Shown here: positions 29,501-40,100 of the stretch, piece by piece
How positions within the stretch are numbered: position 1 is the stretch's first letter
How the letters are laid out: each line of letters opens with the position of its first letter
Source of the DNA: Harriotta raleighana
Lineage: Eukaryota
Assembly (NCBI GenBank): GCA_050575255.1
Contig: JBNZDD010013605.1
Coordinates: 1,821,368 to 1,885,367, forward strand
Length of the DNA stretch: 64,000 bases
Reading direction: 5' to 3'
Program-made: the position numbers and the translations under genes
The notes under the pieces: model-generated
The model's database searches: none
What the model was told of the DNA's origin: nothing
The model's input: the letters and a program-made list of their open reading frames with translations, nothing else

Positions 29501-31119
29501 CTATCTGCGTAGTGCATGCCGTGACTACTTCTGCTCACTTCCAAAGTCTGCCTCAATGAACAATTAGATCGCTTTGAGCTTTTCGATCTGTGCTGTCTCT
29601 CTCTCGTGCTTGTAGTGATTGGGCTGCTGTTTGGATATTTTTGTTGAAATGAGCCATGTTTATAGTGCATTGAAGAGGCTGTTCGGGGGGGGGGGGTGGG
29701 CTGGGACGTCGGCTCAAGAGGGTTTGGGCCTTCTCGCTAAGCTCTTCAATGCACTGATAAAAGAGAAAAGCACTTCAGAGCATTTGCTTAATGGCCCGGA
29801 GTCAACAGCAGCAAGGTGAGCGAGAGAGAGAATAAACGCTGCTTAACTTTGCTTCCCATTATCTTGCCTCGCAGCCATTGACCGCCCAAAAGCACTCACG
29901 TTCACAGATGTTGATGTTGATTTCATCAAAATTGCTTGGGAGAGCCCTGAGGGCCAGGTCACTAGCTACAGGGTGACCTACTCGAGCCTTGAGGATGGAA
30001 TACGTGAGGTTGTGCCAGCACCTGAGTCTGAGGATGATTCTGCTGAGCTGAAGGGTTTGAGGCCTGGCACAGAGTACATAGTGAGCGTGTATGCCCTGTA
30101 CCTTGACCAGCAAAGTTTGCCTCTGACAGGCAATCAGAGTACAGGTATGTGCTGGGGTAGTATCATTTCTGTAAGGTTATTAAACGCACAGTGGATGGCT
30201 ACCAGCAGTGCACCAGTTACTCTCCCATTGCCTTTCATGCCAAGATAATCAGATGGGAGCATTGAAAGATCAAAAAAGATAAGATATTCCTCACTTGGAT
30301 TGAAGTGGAACAGAAATGTGTCGCAGGGAGGGAGAGAGGGTGGTATGAGTGCCAAACGCTTCAGTAGATCTTTGCCCAACTCCATTTGATGTACCATTAA
30401 TACCAGGGCAATGCCTGGTAACTATGCCCAAATGTGACCAGTTGCGAGGTCTTGTTGCACACCACCTCATTCTGTCTTATTCCCTCCTGACCTACAAACG
30501 AGAATTTAGAGCTCGAACCCTAGCCTGTAATGAGACCACCGAACCCAGCACATGTAATCAACACTTTCACACTTTGTTAAAAAAAAACCCCATCAGCTCA
30601 ACAAATGTGAAGGAAAATTCCACGCTTCAAAAATTAACTGAAGTACCAAATTAAAACCATCCCTCAGGAAATCCTATTCATACCGTTCATCTTTATAACA
30701 GCCAGAGGTAACGTGAACAACTGCACAGTTGTATTCAGTCAACCTTATTGCTGCATCCATTATAATAACTATATAGACATTTAGCACTTTCACAATGTGC
30801 TCCCATTACCCGAGTAGTTTGGATCAGTCCACTTCTTTTATATACTGCTCAATTGCAATAATATTTCCGCTTGCCCTTATCTGCAAATGTATAGTCACTA
30901 CCCATTACAGTAAATGCTGTGAAAGGGCTTATTGAGACATCCCCCTAATATGAAAGGCACAATGTGAAATGTAAAGATTATTCCTATCACATGTTCGTGC
31001 AAATGTCTCGGTGACGACCCTGATTTCAGAATTGGAATAACCCAGGTCAATGTCTTAACCTCTAGAGCGTAATCCTATTGACTTCCCCATCCACTGCCTT
31101 CTTCCCCAACCCCACCACT

Positions 31120-31153
<34 letters not shown>

Positions 31154-34100
31154 CACTTCCATCTGGTCAAAATCATGGCAAGTTTCCAAGTAGGCTTGTA
31201 GTATTGAGCACGAGTGGCAAGGAAACCATAGCTTGGTAATTTGGATCAAGACATGAACATTTCTCAAACTATTTCCTTCTGAGTAAGTAGTCAATTATTA
31301 ATCCAAAAGGAAATGTCAAGCAGCTTAATCCGCAAATTTATCCCAATTGAGCTACACAACAGGAGTCTCTGGATTAATGGCTGTGCGTCACTTCTTGCAA
31401 ACTTTGAAAGAAGCCTCACTTGCTGCCTTGCCCTGCCTATCTTTGTTCTGCTTTACCCTCTCCCTGTGTGCATGTTTGCCTTCAAACCCCCTCAGGCCCT
31501 GGTGCAGAAACGTTCTCTGGTGAGAAACACTCGATATGGACTTTCACAAATCGACTGCGACCATTTGTAACCATACTCCGCGCTGGAGCGCAAAGTGTTC
31601 GCTTCGCAAACAATCCAGCGCTGATCACAGAGGCAGAGCGTTAGTTGGATACATTTTACGAGTGAGAAGTTGCCGATTCCATACAGGGAGCCCAGTAAAA
31701 ACCTAGCCCTTCCCAGATGTTGTCAGTGAATTCCAGCTGGGAGAGACGTGGCTTATTGATGCAGCCCGCCTCGATTGGAAATGTTCCTCGGGCTGCCCTT
31801 TTACTGACTTAAATTTTGATTGCTTCACCTTCCCTGCAGCCATTCCTTCCCCCACTGACCTGGAGTATGTACAGGTAACTCCAACCAGCATGACCATTAG
31901 CTGGCATGCGTCCACAGCTCAGCTGACTGGTTACCGCGTCGTGGTGACCCCGAGAGAGAAATCCGGCCCGTCCAAGGAGCTGAATGTGAGCCCGGATAAC
32001 ACCAGTGCCACCGTCTCCGGCTTGATGGNAAGTAATTCCCTGTTGTATTCCCCCATTTCATCTGTATTGGATCATTTCATTCTCATTTCTCTCACATGTT
32101 TTCTTTATTTAGCACGCTTGCCTTTCTGTTAAACATGTTATTTAAAAAAAAAGTCCAAAACAAATTTAAGAACTATTTTTGTTTCTCTTACCAACCNGAG
32201 TAATTCCCTGTTGTATTCCCCCCCATTTCACCTGTATTGGATCATTTCATTCTCATTTCTCTCGCATGTTTTCTTTATTTAGCACGCTTGCCTTTCTGTT
32301 AAACATGTTTTTTTTTTTTTAAAAAAGTCCAAAACAAATTTAAGAACTATTTTTGTTTCTCTTACCAACCCCCCCCCCCCCNNNNNNNNNNNNNNNNNNN
32401 NNNNNNNNNNNNNNNNNNNNNNNNNNNNNNNNNNNNNNNNNNNNNNNNNNNNNNNNNNNNNNNNNNNNNCCCCCCCCCCCCCATTCCACTCCCATTCGCT
32501 ACCCCACCCACCCCCCCCAACCCTTCAGGTTGCAACCAGATACAACATCTTTATCTACGCCATCAAAGACTCGCTGAGCAGCAGACCCCTGCAAGGCATT
32601 AAAGCAACGCTCGACAGTACGTGCTTCCTTTCCTCTGTTCTTCAGCCTTGATACGTGCTGGCTGCCCTCCCCCCTCCCCCCCCCTCCCCCCTCCTCTCTC
32701 TCTCCCTCCATTGCTAACCTGGCTCTTCTATATTGTCTAGACGTCAGCTCGCCCCGCAGACTCCGATTGAATGGGGTCACTGAAACCAGCATTACCTTGC
32801 ATTGGCGTGCAAAATACCATGGCATCACTGGCTTCCAGATTGATGCAGTTCCTTCTGGCAGCAGGAGCCCTGTCCAGAGAACCGTAGGCCCTGACCAGCG
32901 AGTCTACACCATTACAGGTAAACTACAAGGGCGTTCGATTGCTGTAGCGCACCCCATTCCCACCACTGTTGGAACAACAACAGCAAAATTACGCTTGTAG
33001 TTCACGTCGGGAGGACGTCCCAAAGCGCTGAAGTCAGGCCTCTTGACAGGAATGTGATGATGATAATAATAATACTTGTATTTAATGTACCAGTCTTGGA
33101 AGGATTTTACTCTGAACTGATGTGACTGTAGACTTTGTAGGCAAATTTGCCAGCCAATGTGCGCATTAGTGTCCCACAAGTAGCCATGAAGTGAAGGATA
33201 AAACATACTCATGAGTTGCAAGCAGACTCTTTTCACAGTGATTATGCTTCTTTCCTCTGTTGCTTTGAATCTTGAGAGGTTTGGGTGATGAAGGCATGTC
33301 CTCGAGGCACACCTGCCCTACCATCGTCTATTTACAGCAACAATCGATTTAACTGCTGCAAAACACTTCACAGGATTTACTGTAAAGCGCATTGCAGCAA
33401 ACTAATTTGATCACGGTAATGTCCCACAAACAGCCATGAAGTGAATGAATAAGCATTTTATCTGAGCGATTGTTGGCCAGAACGTTGGAAGAAATTCCCT
33501 TGGTTTTGAGCAGTATCATTGAATATTTTAACTTCTACCTGAATATTCTACTTGAGCAGGCATGTGGGACCTCAGTAACGAACGATATTATGTGTTTTGT
33601 GTATTACAACTTTGTACTGATTCTTTCCCCCATTTTTTTTTCCTCAGGCCTTTTGCCCGGCACCGAATATAACATCCACATTTACACTCTCAGTGGGAAT
33701 ACCCGCAGCCCACCAGCCACTATCATTGCTAAAACTGGTGAGTAAGGTGTTACAGTAATAATAATCCTTGCGTTTGATATAGCGCTTTTCACGTCTTCTA
33801 GATGTCCGAGAAGGGCTTCACAGAATATACTGGAAAATGAATTGACTGTATATTTGTGGGCAAAACACAACAGCCAGTTGCACACAGGTATGTCCTACAA
33901 ACAGTTGTGGATTGAAATGGAACAATTTATTATAAAGCATTGTGCGCTTTTATTGTAGGAAATGGGATGGGTTTTGTGTAATTTTTGGCCAGGGTTTTTC
34001 CCTCTGCAGTTCTTAAAAAGAGACTGCTTCCAATTCAACAGTTTTCCATAACTGCACAACATTAAATCTTAAGTCAAATAGTTTTTTGCCAGCCAAGACT

Positions 34101-37100
34101 GAGTGGGATCTCAGGGTTTGAAAGTCGAGTGTCTGCTTTGTCTATTTTCAGTTGTATTTCCTAAAGCTGTCGTTTTACTCCGAGTGGGTCTTGTGTGAAG
34201 AGGTAAAATCGAGTTGATATAATTATTTTCCCCTCCCCCTTAGGTATCGATTCTCCATCAAACCTGCGGTTCATCTCAGCCACAACTGATACCATCATTT
34301 TCACATGGCAGCCACCGCGAGCTCAGATCACTCGCTATATTGTCACCTATCACCCCAAGGGAGGGCGGCCCATACTTCTCCAGCCACAGCCGGTAGTGAC
34401 TGCCAGGGAAGCTGTGATCCCAGGTACACAACAGACTCACCCAAGCCTGCAAAAGTCATAGCTTCTCAGGATAGTACCAGTGATGAGTTAGGATATGACC
34501 AGGACTGAGTGAACTCGGCTATCGCTTGCGGTTGAGGCGATTGAGAGGCATTTTAACGTTATAAAAAGATTCAAAAAGAGTCTTCCATTGACCTTAATCA
34601 GTCGACTGTTTCCATTTGTTGGTTGAAACGAAGGGCATTTGATCTCATCCTTCCAGAACACCCATCCTACCTTCCTACCATTACAGCATCAAGCTGGTTC
34701 ATAGTATAAGTCCAGCTATTGTTAACTATCCTGTGTAAAGGAGAGCCTTGAGGGATGTGGAGCTTGAACCCACAGATACAGCCTTCTGTCTCGAGTTGAG
34801 GCGAGTCACCACGACCAACTGAAACGGTTACCGCAGGCGGTAACGATTCTAAACCTACAATCTCTCTGCTCCATTTTCAACAGGCCTGCAGGCTGGAACC
34901 GAGTACTACATCTACATTAAAGCAGTTCAGAATAATCTACAAAGTGAACCTCTGAGTGGAAGGAAGTTCACAGGTAAGGGATCCTTTGCTTTTCAGGGTA
35001 GAAAAGTGAAGTAAAGAGATCGAATTACTTACATCCATACAGCCTGAGCAGATCATTCATTCAATCTACGAGGAAACTACTCGTGGCCTAAAATCTGACA
35101 GCAGAAACCTCTGTTACGAGCAAATTCTTTTCAGTGTTGGAAACTCACTATTTAAGCTGATTCAAATGCTAAGATTAATTTTGATTTATATATTATATTA
35201 GTTTATGACTTTCTAAAACCCTCAACACCTCAATAGTAGAAACAGTTGTGTGTGGAAGTCCACATTAGATCCTTAAGCTGTCAAAGACCTAAAAATCCAG
35301 TTAGTCTAAGCCTCTTGAGACTCAAAATTTTGTTTAGAAATGGCGCGGAATTGTGTGGTTTAAATGAGTTTGTAATTTTGAAGCCAGTTCGTTTTTAAGA
35401 TGCGGAGATTACAAGCGGCTTCTAAATTAAGAGTCGTTTTGCTATGACTTGAGGGGCCTCCATNCGGAAGTCCACATTCACTTAGATCCTTAAGATGTCA
35501 AAGACCTAAAAATCCAGTTAGTTTAAGCCTCTTAAGACTCAAAATTTTGTTTAGAAATGGCGCGGAATTGTGTGGTTTAAATGAGTTTGTAATTTTGAAG
35601 CCAGTTCGTTTTTAAGATGCGGAGATTACAAGCGGCTTCTAAATTAAGAGTTGTTTTGCTATGACTTGAGGGGCCTCCATTCTACAGAACTCTGCTCGTG
35701 CTATCGAAGGTGAGGCAACACAGAAATACATACAGGAATACATCTAACCTTTCACCCCAGTGAGTGTAGCAGTAAAAGTATTATAAACATACTCGTGAGT
35801 TGCAAGCAGACTCTTGGGACCGTTCTTTTGAATTGAGTAGGTAATGTCGCTCTAACGTTTGAAGCTGATCTTTTCCCTTGGTATGACGTACAGACTCGTG
35901 ACCCGTTTCGGATGAATCCTTCGGAAACATTGTTCCCACTCGGCTGACCCAATTTATTTACTCTTGCGATGTGCGGATGTTTTTGCTTCTGTAACGCCTC
36001 GTGGCGATTTGCAAAGGAGTTTGCCTGCGAGAGTCGCTTCCTTGCTTTGAAAATCTTTCCTTTCTTTGAATACGGCTAGCTGTCATGTGCTTTGTACAGC
36101 GATATTCAACGGCTTGCAAAGGACACAAATGGGCAGAAATTCCCTTCAGCAATAGGCGTAATGCGTTTGGCAATGCACTGCTCGTAATGGGGGAATCTTA
36201 TTGGTGCCAGCCATTCGTTGGCAGAGTTGCCTCGCATAACCTTGTTTGGAATTTCCTCAGTTAATGTGCTAGAAAGTTACATTTGGATGTTGATAACTCG
36301 ATAGCTACTATCAACTGATTGCTCTGCTTTTGGCCAACCCTGAAACAATGGTTGTGTTTATTAATGCTGCTGCCCGCAGTTCCTAACAGCCCGTGCTTCT
36401 CTTCTGCTTCTCAAGCCTCTACTCCACAGCTTGCCACCCTCTCCCCATACTTAAACCCTGACCGAGTGGACATTCTGCCCTTCTACGATCAGTCAGAGCT
36501 TATCTCCAACCCCAGATATGACGAGAGGAATCATGTACCAATTACAGGAATAACCGACCAGGGTTTGGGTATAGACGGTAAGCGGCCGCCGTTAGTTGAC
36601 CAAGGGACAGATCAACATCGGCCGACGCAACCGGAAAACCGATACAACACTGAGCTAGGTATTCTGGATAGAGGGACCACCTCAGGCCAGCCGCCGATTA
36701 CCAATCACCATCTGACGGATCTTCCGGGGGTGAATCATAAGCCTTATCCACCGAGGGTGACCGTGCAGGGAAGAGTGGAGGAAACGGGGCAGAATCCTCC
36801 GCCCCACCGTGTGTTAGTAGTGGATGAGACTCTCCCTCCCCTCCCACTGCGACCCGCACATAACCAAACGAGTGAGGAGGCACAGCAGTCGAGAACTGTC
36901 ATCTCCTGGAAGCCGGTCACTGTCGCTTCCGGATACATCTTGTCCTGCCATCCCGTGGGCCGGGAAGAAGATTTGTACCAGGTAATTCAACTTCGAACCA
37001 ATTAGAACTAACCACCCGTCCTTATGCGCAATGTAATATACAAAAGCTGAAGCTAGAATTGTTTGCTTGTTTGTTGAGTAAGGCATTAGTTGTGCTCTAA

Positions 37101-40100
37101 TAGTGTAACCCCCCGCCCTCCCAAGGTGAGACAGAAATATTCACAAGAGCTTTCTGCCTTACAGATTTCTTTTTTTTTTCTGAGGTTGATATTTAACAGT
37201 CGGGTACATGAACCCTGGCCGGTGTTCCCATCTCCTACCCAGGAGGCTGAGGCTTAATTGTAGCACCTCAATTCGTGCCCCCAGCTAAGATCAAGGAACA
37301 TGGTAGAAGCTAGGAATTGTTTCGACCTTTGTTTTGTGGTCAACACATGTGGACACCCATCACTATGCTTACACTAGTATCCAAACCCAGCTGAGCATTC
37401 CACATGTGTTCGAACACCTACACATGGATTTTTCCCTGTGGCTGGAAGGGAATGCGCACTCTATCCCCGGAGAGTCGCGCCATGCTTAACCGAATTCTAG
37501 TGAATCTTAGGAGCAGGTTAGCGAGAGCCAAGGCTTGTGTGCGTTCCGGAGTAAGCATCGGGCTGGAGTTTTAACAAAACAGAAACAACATGGCTTGCCA
37601 TTGAAAGCACTGTGTGAAACCTGTCCAGCTAGAATCACTGTAACTAACTGTTAGGGTTTTGGCCACCATGGTTAACGGGGGCCAAATTCCTGTCCTAGTA
37701 AACCTTTGGCTTTCTGGTCTGTTAGGATTTTGTAACATCCTCAAATTTTTATAATGTTCATTTTTCAGAAGTTTTCTTATAGGGTATTTTGACCCCCAAA
37801 AAATTATTTTCAGAAGCAGGACTTGAGAAGGTCCAGCCACGGATTGATTATTATGGTTGGCAGTTGTGCACGGAAGGTGAATGGGATTGAATGTACATAG
37901 TTTTATCTGACATCGTCTGCCTTGCAGTTTAGAGTACCGGGATCCTCCACTCGTGCAGTACTGACCGGACTGTCCATAGGGGCACAGTACAATATTGTCG
38001 TAGAAGCTTTGAAAGGACAACTGAGGCAAAAAATCCTGGAGGAAATCATCACTGGGGGCGATTCTTGTAAGTATTTTCATTTTTTGATATTAAAAAATCA
38101 GCCTGTCTGGCCGAAACTGGTCTTCCTCCCCCAGCAGCTCTACTAATACAAGGAGATGTGGCAATGAGCAGTGGAAGAAGTTTTCCTGCGTTCCCAAGGC
38201 TCCATGGCATAAAGGAAAAGTGATTCATATGGAAACCTGGATCCAATGTTAATTTTTATGCTGTCAGATATTCTACAGTCTGGTTCTCAAAGACTTGGCC
38301 TTCTATAGGATCTTCTTTTCCTGGCTGGGACCAGTCCCATTTCCTCCCGAGGGCAAGGTTGCCAGCCTTCATGCTGTAATGCATTCTTGTTATTTGCAGG
38401 CAGGACATTTACAAAAATTTTGTTTGTGACGCCCGCTTGTAACACATCTCCCTTTCCCCCTTCCCCTCAGTACCTTCCTTTACTCTGTTGTATAACGGCT
38501 TTTCACCTTGAAGAGGGTTTAAATCTTCATGGTTTATTGTCCCCAAGGTCTCGCCACATTACTGCCTTACTGCATTACAATGAGAACAGTAACATTTGGA
38601 ACAGATTGACCTATCTCATGCATTTCCATTACAAATTCTGGCAGTTTCAATCTCCGGGCCTTGAGACAATGCAGCAAGCCAACTTTCTGTCCACAGGACA
38701 TCTTCTCCCACCCAATATAGTCAGCTTGAATTACTGTGCAGCAATATTCTCCTCATGCCAGGAGCATGGAAATTGACACTCTTAAAACCAGTGACTGCTT
38801 CAGGACAAATCAAGGATATAACCAAGTACAGGCCAGCCTTATTGTAACATGGTAGTTTGATCACAAACTCAAACCCTGTGAGATAATGGGAGAGTGCTCC
38901 ACTCTACAAATAGTCAAGACTCTCAGGTTAACAAATTGACATGGATGTCACTTTCTGATCATGTATGTGCCCAAAGAGCTAACAATTACTCCTGCGAGCA
39001 TTTCTACTTGGCTTACTTTAAACCACTTCCTTACAACCTTACCACCGGTTCCCTTGGTTGCTGGGGCTCCGCTAGATGCCAGCACACCGATGACCTTGTG
39101 TGTACTATGTCTAGATAGCTAGGCAGTCAGCACAAGAAGCCAGATGTGTACTGCCAGGCTCGGTAAGCGAACACACTATTCTGAGACCATTATAACAAGT
39201 TTGCCTGTAATTTGGGGATCTTGCAATTGCCGTTCGATAGACCCCAGAGCGGAGTGTGCACGAGTTCACTTTTGTCCTACTTCACTTTTGTCCCACCTCT
39301 CTTTTGCCCTTCCCAATTCAGTAACCTGTTTTTCTTTTATGCGACAGCTTCCGAAGACTACTCTCCCGCCTCCAGCACGGAAGACTCCTGCTATGACAGT
39401 GCCACTGGCTCCTACTACACAGTGGGCCAGGAGTGGGAACGCATGTCTGAAACTGGCTTCAAACTTTGGTGCAGATGCTTAGGCTATGGAAGTGGTCATT
39501 TCAGATGTGATTCATCCAGTGAGTAGTTTGCTGGGATTCACCCTCATTTTTTTTTACACACACAAGTGTGCCCTGGCCATGTTTGAAAGTGTTTCCGCTG
39601 CGTAGCTCACTGAAATTCACAAACATGGGCGAGGCACTGGATATGCGTGAAGTGTATTCATGTGGAATGAAAATGTGCTTGCATTGGACTCTTGAAATGT
39701 TCTGGGTCAATGCAAGCTTTAAGCCTTCTGTCCTCATACAGTAGCTCCATTGTGTCGAGCGACTCTGCAATGAGCTGAGATGACCACTTGACATGCGATC
39801 GTAATGGTCACATGGGGAAATGTTTTGCGTCTACAGCTTGGATAAAAGAGCCAACGATCCACTGGCCCTTATATGCCCTGTGTGTGTGTGTGTGTGTGTG
39901 TGAGGAACAATTCAAGCTATTTCTAGATTGTTCAATGAGATGATAGAAATGATGGTAGAAAAGAGGCCATCACATCCAAGCTGGTGTGACCTCGCCTCAA
40001 TTAGAGCTGTCTGGTGTGTTCCATCACCATTGCCTGGTCTTTCTATGAACCCAATTTGTTGGTTAAAGGCCAGTTACTTTTCTGGAGACAGCAAAATTGA

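Noticed and set aside
37110-37131. Recursive-splice-like AG|GTGAG site in intron 40
   Set aside because: The intron is under 1 kb, where recursive splicing is not expected; no other support
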